Shown here: positions 1-14,406 of the stretch, piece after piece
Layout: each line of letters opens with the position of its first letter
Numbering within the stretch: the stretch's first letter is position 1
Assembly: GCF_009914755.1 (NCBI RefSeq)
Contig: NC_060944.1
Source: the human T2T-CHM13v2.0 reference genome, Homo sapiens
DNA: 64,000 nucleotides
Direction: 5' to 3' (one strand)
Notes under the pieces: model-generated
What the model was told of the DNA's origin: nothing
Database searches by the model: none
Seen by the model: the letters and a program-made list of their open reading frames with translations, nothing else
Made by a program: the position numbers and the translations under genes

Positions 1-37
1 CTAAGATTTTCATGACCTGGAAAACCAGTATGACCCG

Positions 38-40
<3 letters not shown>

Positions 41-68
<28 letters not shown>
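41..68. repeat. (GT)n microsatellite
   Basis: 14 uninterrupted GT units. Confidence 0.97.
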
Positions 69-71
<3 letters not shown>

Positions 72-514
72 CATTTGCACACAAGGGCCAGCATATTCCA
101 CCATAGAAAACTTTCCTTTATAGTTTTTACACACTTCATGGTTCTTTTGAAGTTTTACTGCCAGAGAGAGATATATGGATGTACCAAAATAAACTTAAAA
201 GTCAACCAAGTATTTGAAAGCAAAATTAACTTCTTGCTAATGGTTGAATCTTTTTTATAATTTTATCCTAAGTAATTCTCTGCATGCTTTTTCTTGACAA
301 GGATATCATTTAAAGTCACAGTGGAGTAAATGCAACTAATACGTTTCTCATTCCCTCTCAGTGGCAGATTTTTAATATAAGTGTCAGTGGATAAATCTTC
401 AAAATCCAGCCTACCACCTCTCCAGTCAATTCTCTCCACTTCTAGAGATGGTGTCAGGAACATCAGCAGAGGAATAAGTGTATCACTTTTGATGTCCTAT
501 TAAAAGAATTTTGG

Positions 515-1320
515 CAACTATTAATTGAATTTCCTGGACGCCAAGGCCCATACCAGACAATAGGAGCTCTAAGATGAATTCAGCATGGATCATGCCCATC
601 CAATAAGTGTGTTGATGGGTACATATTCAAGGTGTAAGTTTGGGGAAAGAGTTGTGAGTAGAGTGATGGGGCAATATGTTGGGCTGGGTACATGAAGTTA
701 GTTTCATATGACTGTAGCCTTAGTAGTGAGTAAATGCAAGAAGACATGAATGACAAATGTGTTGAAAAGCTTTATAAGCTATGTTAAAAACAGGCATGGA
801 TTCTATTTATTTTATCCTAAGAACAGTGGTCTGAAGCCTTTGAAAGATTTTAAACAAGAGGCTAACTCTAGATGGCATCTTAGAAGAGATGCTTTGATGG
901 ATAGTGAGTAGGGCTAACATTAGCCCACTTTGAGCAACTGATAACTGTTTTCAAAAAATGTGGCCTTTCCCCTAGGGAGATGGTAGAGGCTGGCACCTGG
1001 ATTCACAAAACAGAGATTGGGGTGGGTAGTCTGGGAGGGGGGTGTTTCGATATACAGGCATGGCTGGATAGCAGACTCTCCTCCTCCTTGGCAGACAAAA
1101 CTGGCAAAATGGCCAGCCCTGAAGGGTGTAATGGGGAATGCAAGTAGGAGGCCATTGCACTAGTCCTAGGCAAGGAGTAATGAAGTCCTGAACCAGGCAG
1201 TCACATGTAGGAAGGAGGAGAAGACAAATTTAATAAAATCAGTGGAACTTGGACTTGCTTGAATATTGGATTGTGAGGAAAATAAAGGTGCCTACATTTC
1301 TGACTTGGTTATTTTAAGAT
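515..1320 (-). mobile_element. Highly diverged L2 fragment(s)
   Basis: L2-like phrases (gaagcctttgaaagattttaaacaagag, gaattcagcatggatcatgccc, gtgcctacatttctgacttgg). Boundaries approximate; probably interrupted near 910-1120. Confidence 0.5.
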
Positions 1321-1680
1321 GTCCCATAATATCTCCTTATGAGATTACATTATATTAACATTCAAAATAGCATATGGTTTAAAATGTGGACCAAGATGCA
1401 TGCACATTGTTTAATGATCATTATTTCTGATGATTTATGAGAATCTTTTCAGTCCCTCTCAAATGACTGCTAACATACCTCTCAAGCAAAATGAGATTTA
1501 ATTTTATTTTATTTTCCCCTCCATTTGTTGCTGGACAATATTCTGTCTGGAAGCCACAGGTGTATAATTTCTGAGCCCTTTATGATGCCCCACTTCATGG
1601 ATGTCCCACTTCATGGATGTCCCTGTGCCTGTTTCAGCAATCATCAGAACCTCTCCTTCCCTCACCTGAATTGCACACAG

Positions 1681-2078
1681 TAACATGGTTTGGATGTGTG
1701 TCCCACCCAAATCTCATGTTGGATTACAGGAGGGGCCTGGTGGGAGGTGATTGGATCATGGGTGCACACTTCCCCCTTGCTGTTACCAGTGAGTGAGTTC
1801 TCCCTGGATCTGATGGTTTAAAAGTGTGTTACTTCCCCTTCTGTCTCTCTCTCTCCCTCTCTCTCTCTGTCTCCCCCTCTCTCTCTCTCTCTCTTTCCTG
1901 TCACCAGATGAAGAAGGTGCTTGGTTCCCCTTCACTTTCCGCCATGGTTGTAAGTTTCCTGAGCCTTCCCGGTCATGCTCCCTGTTAAGCCTGTGGAACT
2001 GAGTCAATTAAACCTCTCCTCCATAATTTACCTAGTCTCAGGTAGTCCTTCATAGCTGTGTGAAAACCAACTAATACA
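1681..2078 (+). mobile_element. MaLR solo LTR, MSTA-like
   Basis: Starts taacatggtttggatgtgtgtcccacccaaatctcatgtt, ends ctaataca. Perfect 5-bp TSD CACAG (1676-1680 / 2079-2083). Internal (TC)n tract. Confidence 0.9.
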
Positions 2079-4196
2079 CACAGTAAATGAGCTAACCCTG
2101 TAAAGGCAGTATCCCCCCTGTCCAATATCGTACCGACAATGTTTGGCACTAAGAGAAATTCACCTTGTGGGTCAGCTCTTCACCTTAGAAGGGGAAGGTG
2201 GACATGAAAAAGGTCCTGCAGCAATAGCTACCTCCTTTTCTAGAAACTGCCTGTGTGTGTTGCCATGTGGTGGATCATTTACCTGCTTTTGCCCATGCCA
2301 TTTAGTTGCTGAAGACATTTAGTGAAAATGAAAAAAATATCCGGCTACTCAGCACTTCAAGGGCACTAAATTTTAACCAATCCAACCATATAATTTAATA
2401 AAATACCCCAATGGTCAATTTTCACACAAAATTAACATATGTTTCTCAAGGCTCTAATCACGTTTCTTGCGCAGCCCAAATCTTGAAAGGCTGCTTTATT
2501 ACTTTGCTTTCAATCTTTTCTTTTTATTTTTTTTTTAACCATGATACATATGTGGACAAAAGCAAAAACCAGAATAAAAATGTAAAGAAAAAAAAGAAAT
2601 TCTTTCCCGAACAAAGGTTTTCTGAAGTGTTTCTTCAGAGTGGGTTTTTAAAAAATTTCTCCAAGGACAAGAGGCCAACCTCACAAAATAGCAAATAAAT
2701 ACATTTTTCCCCTCTTTGCATAGTTCCTGACCTTGAATAAATGCTGATCCTTTCAGAAAATGGATTTGCTGTGGAGTTGAGAGGGCTATAATGTGTCAGT
2801 TTTACCTCGAGAGCCACCTGGATTCTTCTCAGAGAAGCACAGGTCAGAATTCTCCTTCCCTCTACAAGCTGGAGAAGGGGAAAGGAGGAGGAGAAATGAT
2901 GTGTTTGAAAGTGTGCCAGGAACAGAAATAGAAAGCACTACACAGGAGGAGAGATGTTTCAGGGTCACCCTCATGTCAAGTACCTTTACCTGTTTTTATT
3001 TTATTTGTCTGATTGTTAGAGTAGGTAGCACAAGCTGTGCTCATACCATGTCATCATGCCTAGTGGGAACACAATTCCATCTCTAGAAGTGGAGGAAAAG
3101 ATTGTGACTGCTTCTGTTTTGTGATCATTGTAGTTGGCACTTGCCACTGACTAGTCATTTTGGTTATACAGGGACACAGAATGAAAAATGTTCAGTATGA
3201 CTAAATATCTGTCTAGTCTCCTGTATCAACAATTGCCTCATTTTCTTTAAAATTGCCATTTCTGGATTTTATTTTTATTTTCTATCATTTTTATCCGACA
3301 TGGTTTCCAACCATCCAATGGCCTTTGGGTTACATTTCATGGAACTCCTGGGATGCTCCATTGACCACACACCAGACGACCCTTGCTTTAATGTTTTTAG
3401 CACTGTGCCTTCGCAGTGTGATAAAGGAAGATACGTTTATGGCATCTTCATTACCTCAAATTGCAGCCTATTTGTCTTATTTTAAGTTTAAATACAATAT
3501 AATAACACAATGGATTTAAAATGAGGAATGAAAGCTGACCACTGACACAAGCCATAGTTTGTGACCTTTTGTTATGGATAAACATATCTTCATTGAATTG
3601 TTGTGTCAATTTTCTAGTAACACAGTTAGAACAAAAGACTGGAGGAGGTTGTTTTAATTTCCTGCTCACTGCCTCTTGCATTAAGAATGATGAATCTAAG
3701 TGAAAAGTCTGGATTAATTCAATGAATTACAGCCAAGTATACTTCTCATGAAAGTGAGAATGTGTTTTACTGAGTGATGTTTTCTAAGGTCATACTGTTT
3801 ATTGTGTTACCACATTTATTTAATAATCAAATTCTGTGTGTGTGTGTCTACTGTGTGCCAGGCTTGGGCATATTAATATCAGACCAATGCTGTATTGTCA
3901 AACTTAATTCAATAGACAATTATGATGGAATATCTTATTTTCTTATTTAAAACAATAGTTCTCATCAGAATGTCACAAAAATCATTGAATAATACTTGGG
4001 AAATAAATTAAGAAATAAGTGCAATTAAATCTCAGTATTTGTCTCTGTAAGTTGCAGAAGAAATTTTTACCAACTTTGGAGGGTACTTTTACAGTGGATT
4101 GCCTTTAAAATAGTCTAAGGGTTATAGACACAATTCATTGTGGGTATGTGTATTTTAGAAAGTTCCACAAGGAAGCTGCCGTCCTCCAGAAACTGA

Positions 4197-4593
<397 letters not shown>

Positions 4594-5072
4594 AGAATCC
4601 CTCACATTTTAAAGAAACACATTAATTGTCATATGGGTGTTGGATTGCAACTTGAAGCATTGACTCATGTATGAGCTGCTTCCTATGTGAGCAACTCTGT
4701 AAGAGCTACCCAAGGGTAAACAGCAGAAAAGTTTTATTTACAGATTAAACAGTGGCTTTTAATTCTCCTAAGGATTAAATAGCAATAGCCAGGACTGGCT
4801 GGCGATAATAGATAAGGTGGTACATTTGGCAAATGATTCACTTCTGTTGTTGTAAATTATTGACAACTCAAGATTCTACTTGTAACTATAACTCTGTCAC
4901 AATTTCCCATCTAACATGCTTTCTTGAGTGCATAAGGGTAAAATTTCACCAAGTGTCCCAAGAATTTAGGGCCCTTGAGCATGCTTCGAAAAGTACTTTC
5001 CATGTACTTAACTATTGTTCTTTATATGTGATGTGAAGAAGGTAGTCTGAGACAGAAGGCAGGCTGTCCAAG

Positions 5073-5275
5073 TTCCTTGCTCCTCAAAGTGTGGTCCTGG
5101 GACTTCGGGCAGTATTGGTATCCCAGGAGCTTATAACTTAAAGTATAATAATAATTAAAACAGAAAAAGAAGAAATGCAGAATCTCGGCGCCTCCCCAAA
5201 CCCATTGAATTAGAGTCTGCATTTTAACAAGATCCGTAGGTGATTTATATGCGCATTAGAGTTTAAGAAGCACTG
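5073..5275 (+). mobile_element. MER5A1-like hAT-Charlie MITE, interrupted at 5133-5170
   Basis: ctcaaagtgtggtcc...agaaatgcagaatctc...ctgcattttaacaagatcc...gtttaagaagcactg. Confidence 0.85.
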
Positions 5276-7224
5276 GTCTTGAAGGCATTTTTCTTTTTAC
5301 ACTTTGCCTTCTATTTGTCAATTTCCCAATGCAGTTATGATGGCAGTATAGCACCACTTCCCCTCACCCCCCTCCAAATCAAAATGGTTTTCGAAGCAGA
5401 AATCATTTAGACCTTGAAGGAGAAAGTGGGGAGGGGGAAGAGGTTGCATTTGGAACTCAATGTTGGATAACCATGATTTTTAAAAATACTACATTTGTCC
5501 ATTTAAAAATTCTAAACAGCCTTGTCTCCAGATGTCATAATTCAAACAGATCGCTTTATCTCTTTACCTATATTCTAGAGAAATAGATGTGTATTTTAAA
5601 TGTATGTGTACCTGGCTTCCTTAATGAAAGTTTTACTGAAAAAAAATTTTGTTCCTAATTCATCCTTAAGTGAAGTTTTGCATTCTTAATTTTCCACTCA
5701 AGTAATTTAGAAACCATTAGTTAAAGTGGAACTCTAAGATAAAGTAGGATCCTTGTAAGTTTAGATGGTTTCCTCTGAAGATTGCTCTTATAATTGTCAG
5801 AGAAAGATAAATTCTTAATTGCATTTCATTACATCTGGGTCGCGGATGTATGTTTGCTTTCCAGATACCTGTCTGGCAAGAGTGAAGGAGAATGGGAGAT
5901 TGAGGGATATGCTAACATCAAGCTAAAATACTCCAGAGTTCATGACTCGTGCAGGTGGCCCCTCCAAGTTTCTTTCCTCACTAGGAAAAAAACGTTTTTC
6001 CTCATCTATCTGCATCTTCTTTCTTAAGCAGTCAAGTTAAAGGCATTCTGTTTCTCTGTTGTTCCTCATACTCATATGGTTTACTATGTAGCTGGATGAG
6101 AGAACGATGGCTGCTCTGAGGTTAGAGATTTTTGTTGTTGCCTTCTGAAATTGGCAATCACAGATGGTGTCAGCAGTCAAGTCAGAAGGAGGTGCCCTTT
6201 GGTTATTTCTCCCCTGAAAACTGGCTCTGCCTTGTGGCTCTTTTCAAATCTCATCTCAAAATCTTTTTCTCTTGTGCCTGAATGGTTTGATTTCTCTTTC
6301 AAGTTAGAGGTCTCCCAGAGAAAGGCTTTGAAGTACAATCAGATCCAAATTTCAAAAGTAAAGAGATGTGTTTTACTGATCTAAAGAAAGGAATTGCATT
6401 TGCAGATACTAATATTTGCCTAGTGCCCTTTCCAAAATGTAAGATTTGCCCGCATAGATAAGTCTAAATGTGTTTTGCAGCTGTAACTTAATATTGAGTT
6501 TATAAAATACCTTTCAATATACAGATCCTATGTAAGCTGCTTATATGGAACATCTGACATCTGACTTCTCTTTTTCAGGTTCATAACAAATGTTATAAAT
6601 TCAAATTAGAAATTCTACCACAATTTCTAGTCTTATATTTTAAAAATTACTAACCAGCTTGATATGTCTGAGTGTATTTTATGTAATTCAATACCAGAGA
6701 GTTGTAACAAGTAAAATTTGGACTCAAAAATTCAAATGAAGGCGCTTGCACTATGAGCAATATTTTTCTGGTAAATTTCTCTTCTTCTGGGAAGGGAATT
6801 GAGGTTAAAGTGATCTACTTATACCTCTCAGTCAAGAGTATTAACCTTTGGATGGTCTGGGAAAGACTGAGTTTGTATACATCCTTATGTGTGTATTACA
6901 TTTATTCCCCTGGGCAAAAGGCACAAACCTTCATTGGGTTGCAAAGGGGCCCATGTTAAAAATACTTAGCATTTATGGCTTGAATTATTCGCAACTCATT
7001 ATTCTCTAGGCCCATTTTTAAAAAAATATTTGGGGACCATACAGAGGTATGATTTTCATGTTCCTTTTTTTTTTTCTTTATTTCATTCTCTGCTCCAGCT
7101 GGGACAATATCTGTTTGATATATAAGTGTATAGATTTGAGCTTTCAGGAGAAATATTTCTTCTTCATGTGTTTTGTAAACCATACTAGTTATTGTGAGCT
7201 TTATATTGCCTATATTACCTATGC

Positions 7225-7612
7225 CTGTACATGTTTAAGTGTGTTCACATACACATATATATACATATATACATGATATGCACATAAACACCTGCATGTA
7301 TTATAGATGGACATGTTTTATGGATACCTTGGTGTATATAAGTGTTCTTATATGTATTTTGTATGCATGTAGTATATGTTGTATGCATGCATGTGTTTAT
7401 ATGCATATTTATCTGTGTATATGCATGCTTATATGTAGATTCATATGCATGTATGTATTCATATTTGTATATATTTCTATATATGTACATGCATGTATAC
7501 TTATTCAGGTACGTATACATATATGTGTATATATAGTATTTGCATTCACCTGCTTGTGTATGTTTGTGTGCACATATACAGGGGTGTAAATATGTAGATG
7601 TATGTGTCTCTA
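7225..7612. repeat. Degenerate (TA)/(TG)/(CA) alternating purine-pyrimidine low-complexity tract
   Basis: Near-continuous tatg/tgta/cata units; explains the spurious ORFs at 7239-7589. Confidence 0.9.
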
Positions 7613-9424
7613 TGCCATATAGATGCTAGTGTTTTTGCATTCATGCTTGTGTCTGCACTTGTTATTTTTCCTTTTTAAGTCGGAACCTTGCAGTTATAAA
7701 CCAAGCATAAGGGATGCTGCAGAAACATAAGGAGGGTGAGCCATGGTGTTCAGAGGAAAGAACTGGCTTCCTTCTCCTGAGCAAGACTGAAGAGCGAGCC
7801 AGGGGGAGGAAGCCTTGGCACATTCTACCTCAGAGCCTTTGGCTTCCCTAAGACTGAAGTTGCTTAGATGATCCTTCCATCAGCAGCTTTCCAGTTACAT
7901 GTGGCTGAGGTCAAAGGATTTTTTCTTAGTGATTTTAAAGTGTGCATGCCCAGACGGTTTTCCCTGTGTTAATGAGCAAGTGGAGGCCGGTGTTTCATTA
8001 TGAATATCCCGTTTTGCTTTTGCTGGGCCCTGCTTTGAGTAGGAGTAGAAAATAGGAGGATTGGCAGTGGCTATGGATACTTGGTCATCTTTTCTTGCTA
8101 GAGCATGGTGTTCTATTTTCCTTGCCCAGACAATCTCATTACTCAGAAACATTGAGAAAACATGTTATTAAGCAGCTGTGAAATGTGCTGCTTCTTACAT
8201 TGGGAGCAGAAAAGAAAAGCGCTTGAAGTTCTCTTTTCCCTACCAGTTGGCTTATGGATGCTGACAAAAGAGATTGGTCAATTTTCTACATTCTTCTTTC
8301 TAACTCTTCATCAATTTAACAATTTAAAAGAAAACGTTTCGTTTTTAATTTTGCACATCGAGTATACAATGGATGATTTCCCTGTTGTTTAATGATAATC
8401 CTGTTCTCAACCATTAAATTGTGAACGACTTCATTTAATAGCTTGATCAGTTATTCATGACATTGTAAACTAACTCTCTGTAGGCTGGGTGGGACTGTTT
8501 TTATTTTTCTAGTATATTTGCTTTCGGGTAGTGTTACAATTGTATTTATTCATAGTTGATCAGAGACAGATAATGTTTTACTGCTATCTAATCTCCCTTA
8601 AGCTACAGTAAAACTTACATGCTTATATTTCCAAATAAAGTTTTCAATCAGTTATTCTTTCAAACAATACAATTTGAGGGGTGGAGAATTGAGACAGCGA
8701 GTGATATCTAAAATGTCTAAATAATAGTCTTACTGTTTCATTCGATAATATTGGAAGAATACGGCTTCTCTATCCTATTACCTCTATGGCTTAGTTCAAG
8801 AAGAGCATAATTTTTAACGGAAAAAACTTCAAGGACACAATGAGTGGGAACACTTTTGGTTTTGAGAATAATCTAAAAGGCTTGATAAACAGAGCTTCTT
8901 GTATAGAGTCTATGTTTAGGATAATTATTTGCTGTGTTAGTATTATTGTCTATTATTTAAGCTGATGTAAGTTTTCATAGTGATTCTGAAAAAAATAGGC
9001 ATAGACTTATTTATATCATTCAAGAAACAATGATAATGTTGAAAGCCGTAATAACCAATCACCCATTGCAAATTCTCTTCTTGTCCCCCAGTTGTGTTGA
9101 CAGCATCACCGTTATCCTCATTCCCCTAGTTACCATGACATCATCTGCCCCTTCTCTTCAGAGCCCAAGCCCACTCTCTCGTTGAGCACAACATTACCTT
9201 GGCTTTGGTGTGTTGCCTCCCTTGTCCATGATGCTAGTTTCATATTTCATACCACTTTACAAATTGTAGCATCCTCCTTCTTGTCCATGTGCTACGCTTT
9301 TCTGGTTTCTTTTCTCCTTATCAACCACCCTGTAAAATATTCAGTTGAAAGTTTTTCTAATGCTCCAAACTTCAGGCCGCTCCCATGTGCAGCAATTGTA
9401 ATTGGTGCCATGGAGTCATCTCTA

Positions 9425-9725
9425 ATCAATTCAAATGGACATTCAGCCAAGTGTCTGCCACATGCCAGGGACTATCCTGGGATAGGGGAAATAAGCTTAT
9501 GAGTTATACTTGATCCCTGTCTATGGGAAGCTCTTTGTCTAAAGAAGGAAGATAAGACAGAAGAGACACCATGTTACGATAGAACATATTAAAGACTACA
9601 GGGGAAGGAACTGAAAAAGAGCTGTGGCATATTGGGGGAGGTGCAAACCAACTCAGTTGGGTGCAATGAGAGAAGGTTTCACAGAATTAGTAACAGCAGG
9701 GATGGATCTTGAAGGTGAATGACTT
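9425..9725 (-). mobile_element. L2 3' fragment
   Basis: aatcaattcaaatggacattcagccaagtgtctgccacatgccaggg...tccctgtctatgggaagct. Confidence 0.55.
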
Positions 9726-9939
9726 AATACCCACCTTTCTGTGCCTGCCATGAATGTATTTTCCAAGAGCTGGTGCCATCCTTCTGTTATTACCATTCTC
9801 TATTAATAATGATTAGGTGACTTTTTAATAATTAATAATCTAATAAAAATTATATTAAATAATTATTAAAGAGCATATGATTATTACTAAAGTTATCACT
9901 TGTTAAACAATTACTAAGACAAACCCTTTATGTTCATTT

Positions 9940-10355
9940 AAATTTTAAGTTCTGGGTTGCAGGTGCAGGACATGCAGGTTTGTTACATAGGTAAACGTGT
10001 GCCACGGTGGTTTGCTGCACTTATCAACCCATCACCTCGGTATTAAGCCGAGCATGTATTAGCAATTTTTCCTTGCACTCTCCCTCCCCCAACCCCATCC
10101 CCCATCCCCCGACAGGCCCCAGTGTGTGTTGTTCCCCTCCTAGTCTTCATGTGTTTTCATTGTTCAGCTCCCACTTATAAGTGAGAACATGCGGTGTTTG
10201 GTTTTCTGTTCCTGCATTAGTTTGCTGAGGATAATGGGTTCCAGCTCCATCTATGTCCCTGCAAAGGAGGTGAGCTCATTCCTTTTTTATGGCTGCAAGA
10301 ATTCCATGGTGTATATGTACCACATTTTCTTTATCCAGTCTATCATTGATGGCAT
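9940..10355 (-). mobile_element. 5'-truncated L1PA 3' end (roughly L1PA8-L1PA11)
   Basis: ttttaagttctggg...gtttgttacataggtaaacgtgtgcc...ataagtgagaacatgcggtgtttggttttctg. Confidence 0.92.
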
Positions 10356-10361
10356 GCATCA

Positions 10362-10510
10362 TCTTATTTAATCTTAACAAGTCTATTTTAGAGATGAACA
10401 AACAGAGGCATAGAGCAATCACTTATAGGGACCACTCAGCTAGTAAGAGGCAGAGCTAAGCCCCAAATGAAGATCTTTGAGACTCCTAAGTCCTTGCTTT
10501 TACCAGCATC
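10362..10510. mobile_element. MIR
   Basis: Core-like attttagagatgaacaaacagaggcatagag...cactcagctagtaagaggcagagc. Confidence 0.7.
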
Positions 10511-10941
10511 CTCTGCTGTACTTCACTCCTGCCCTGTGTTATGGCCCACACACTGCAGAGCTTAAATGGCCACATGGTCTTGAAGACAGAAAATGAGCTT
10601 GGAAATCTTGTGTTTTGTTACATAACTTGCTATTACTATCTCTAAGCAATCCACCTAGGCTTTCTGAATCTCAACTTCTGCATTTGTGAAATAATAGAAA
10701 TAGTATCTGGCTCTCAGGGTCATTCTAAAAATCAGAAGATGATGTATGAAAAAGCATCTAATAAATGCAAAATATTCAGTCTTTTTTCTTGTTCTTTTTC
10801 TTATTACTAGTACTACCAGTAATACAACTACAATGGTAAACCACAGTTAATAAAAAACATCAGAAAAGAATGAAACTGTTATCTACAAATAATTAAGGAA
10901 TTTTGGCTTCTACAGGTCATTGTTTTATTGATTCATTATTA

Positions 10942-11251
<310 letters not shown>

Positions 11252-11340
11252 TAGTAGTAGTAGTAGTAGTAGTGGTAGTAGTAGTAGTAGTAGTAGAAGT
11301 AGTAGAAGTAGTAGAAGTAGTAGAAGTGGAAGTAGAAGAT
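11252..11340. repeat. (TAG)n microsatellite grading into (TAGTAGAAG)n
   Basis: Read directly from the sequence. Confidence 0.95.
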
Positions 11341-12227
11341 AATATTCAAGGACAACTGTGCTTTGTGTGGAAACCTTTGGTCACTAGGTATTTTCTGTCT
11401 TTTGTGTACATGTATTCTCTTTTTCAGACACAATGGAATTGTGGATGTTGCTTGTACTCTTTGCTGAAAAATAAAAGCCTATATAAGAATAAGTGGGCCA
11501 GGAATGAAGGCCATTTACATCTGTTTAATGTAACCCTGGGTTCATATTAAAAGTGACAGGATATATCCAGAGCTGATAATCAAATTAATCAGTCTATTGG
11601 CACATATGAAAAAATAACTGGGTGTCAACGTGATTAGATTTAAAGGTACTGCAAAATGTTTTCTCTGGCCACAAAGCCCTACCGTCATGCCCTTTTAGAA
11701 GAAACAAATTGCTAAGGTCTTTTATTGCAACCTAACCATTTCACATTACAGTATAGGAAGGGTGGGCCCTCTGTTATGAAGTTTCATAGATGACGGATTT
11801 AATTTCTGATTGTGATAGGTATTTATGGATACTTATATGGAACCTAGAAACCATTTTTTCCAGAGATTACCAGAATAGAATTGGATATGTAAATTATATG
11901 CTGAAGTAAATGGGAACAGATATAGGTTCATGACACACAGGAAAACAAAGCTGCATTAGTTTTTAGGCTTAAAAGTGGGGCACTTCTTAACTTAGAAATG
12001 GCTTGGTTTAATTTCTTCCAGTGCGCTCTGTAGCATCTGGTAAGAGTCATTTAGTAACCATTCAAAGTCATTTCATCCAAATCTCCAGGGCAATTGATTT
12101 ATGATAAGAGAGAAAGAGCCTTCCTTTTTATTTCTTCAGACTTAATTGATTAAATATGTTAATTACTCTGCTTAAACTTTTCCTGTGATACTGTATGTTT
12201 GTTAAGGTGGATCATTGGGGCAATTGT

Positions 12228-12251
12228 AAAAAAAAAAAAAAAAAAAAAAAA
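12228..12251. repeat. Isolated poly-A run
   Basis: About 24 A with no attached SINE body. Confidence 0.9.
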
Positions 12252-13470
12252 GCTTCCTGCTAAACCAGGATAATGAATATTGACATTCTTGGCTTTTACA
12301 ACCAATGGAAATCACATTTCCAAGTCCCCGTTTCCATGAGGCTTGCTTAATAAATAACTTCCCCAACCATCTGTGTTATGGAGATGGACTCTCAGGAAGT
12401 ATGAAGTGAATAAAATGTAAAAGCTGCTTATAGAATCACATCAGCATCTGTACAGGGTGAGCCTGTGACTGGGAGTCGGGAGATAAAAGCAGACCTGACT
12501 CTGGAGTCATTAACTGGAAATCTCTTCCCCCTGCTGGGTCTGCCCCATTAAAGTCAAGAACATTACCACGTTAAATGTGGCCGGAGTCCCTGATAAAGAG
12601 TCTAATTGAAAGAGGAACTTTTCCAGCACCTTTTCACTTTCTACGATCCCTTCAACCTTTATCTTAGTTTAACAGAGGGGGGAAAAACCTGATGAGATGG
12701 TGGCTTGAAGAGAAAGCGGTTTCTCTGTTTTTTCAATGCCTCTTATGTAAGCATAGTCTTCTGCTAATATACATCTCCAAAAACTGAGAAGAAAAAAAAT
12801 CCTTTAAAACACTTAAAAAATAAAATCACACTCTTCCAAGGAATATTATAAGTTTCAATCTCCAGGCTTTGAAGCTCTCCTAGGGGGCATTTTTCTATGA
12901 AGGTCTTTAAGTAACGCCTCTTTAAAACTTATTAGCTGTCTCTCTCTGACAGTTCTAGTTTACCAATCCATGATTACTTGTCAAATCTTGTTTTTAGTGT
13001 TAACGTGCAAAATGATAGCACTTTTTTTCTTTATTATAGCTCTCAGCTCACATAATTCCTCTTTATGATGAGGTTCTGCATACCGTTAAAATTTTCTAGG
13101 ATCCCATAGACTTGTGGGATTTAAGAGCCAGAGTGGATCTTAGATATCAACTTTCATATATGTCAGGTGAGGAAACTGAATTCCTACCTTAAGGGATTCA
13201 CCTAAACTTCTACTTGGCTTTGGAATGATTATGCCAAGTTTAGAACTCAGCTTATTCGACTGCCATTCTCTTTTGGCCACCACAGAACGGATAGATAGGT
13301 GGTTCTTCTAAATTCGGAAAATTAAAAAAAGATATCACTTGACAGCTTGCTATAGCTCTAGTTCATCAATGTCTGCTTTTCCACAATTGTTCTGAAAACC
13401 CAGCATGAACAGATAAGAGTGTCCCCTTGTGAAATGCCCAGGCACAGAAGGCGTTTCACATTTTTCTAGG

Positions 13471-13828
13471 TGATACGGTTTGGCTGTGTCCCCACCCAAA
13501 TTCCATCTGGAATTATAGTTCTCATAATTCCCATGTGTTGTGGGAGGGACTTGGTGGGAAATAATTGAATCACGGGGGCGGGTCTTTCCCGTGCTACTCT
13601 CATGATAGTAAGTCTCATGTGATCTGATGGTTTTATAAAGGAGAGTTCCCCTGCACACACTCTTGCCTACTGCCGTGTAAGACATGACATTGCTCCTCAT
13701 TCACCTTCTGCCATGAATGTGAAGCCTCCCCAGCCATGCAGAACTGTGAATCAACTAAACCTCTTTCCTTTATAAATTACCCAGTTTTGGGTATGTCTTT
13801 ATTAGCAGCATGAGAACAAACTAATACA
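13471..13828 (+). mobile_element. THE1B-like MaLR solo LTR
   Basis: tgatacggtttggctgtgtccccacccaaa...gggtctttcccgtgct...ctaataca; TSD ctagg/ctaga. Confidence 0.93.
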
Positions 13829-14169
13829 CTAGACCTCTTGCATTCCTACTGCATTACTATGAAGTTTACTTTTTCTCAATAGGAAGCATAGCCATTTTAT
13901 CCAAATTTTCCCCTTTGACCTGAAAAGAGGACTTGGTATTTGAAAGTGTTCTAATACTCTTAGCATAGGTGATCCCACTGCAACCCCAGTCACCCTTAGG
14001 AATTGAGGATGGCAGTCTCCTTACAGACTCGGCAAGTGATTTCTGGCTATCAGAAGAAAACTTCCTGAGTCCCCGAGAATGAGTTTACTGTCATAAAAGT
14101 GCAAGATTGTAGAACTTCAATGAAGATACTTCTGTCTAACTCCTTTCTTTTGCAGACAAAGAAAATGGT

Positions 14170-14369
14170 TGTATTTGTCAGGGCTTTTGATTGGTTACAA
14201 CTGATATAAATCTAACTCAGACTCACTAAAAAAAATGATAAAGAGGAATTTAAGAACATTACCAGCTTATGTAAATCTACGTGATATGCTGATAGTTTCA
14301 GGGGCTCAAGTGATTCCATTCGTCTCCTCTTTCCTTCGCTCTCCGATTCCTCTTCCTTCTCCTATTTCC

Positions 14370-14406
<37 letters not shown>

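Noticed and set aside
6555-6720. Strong-looking splice acceptor ctgacttctctttttcag|GT at 6578
   Set aside because: No good downstream donor, stops or AT-rich non-coding composition follow; such decoys are common
7239-7589. 116-aa and 91-aa ORFs rich in Y/I/C/M/H
   Set aside because: Artefacts of the alternating TA/TG tract, which rarely produces stop codons
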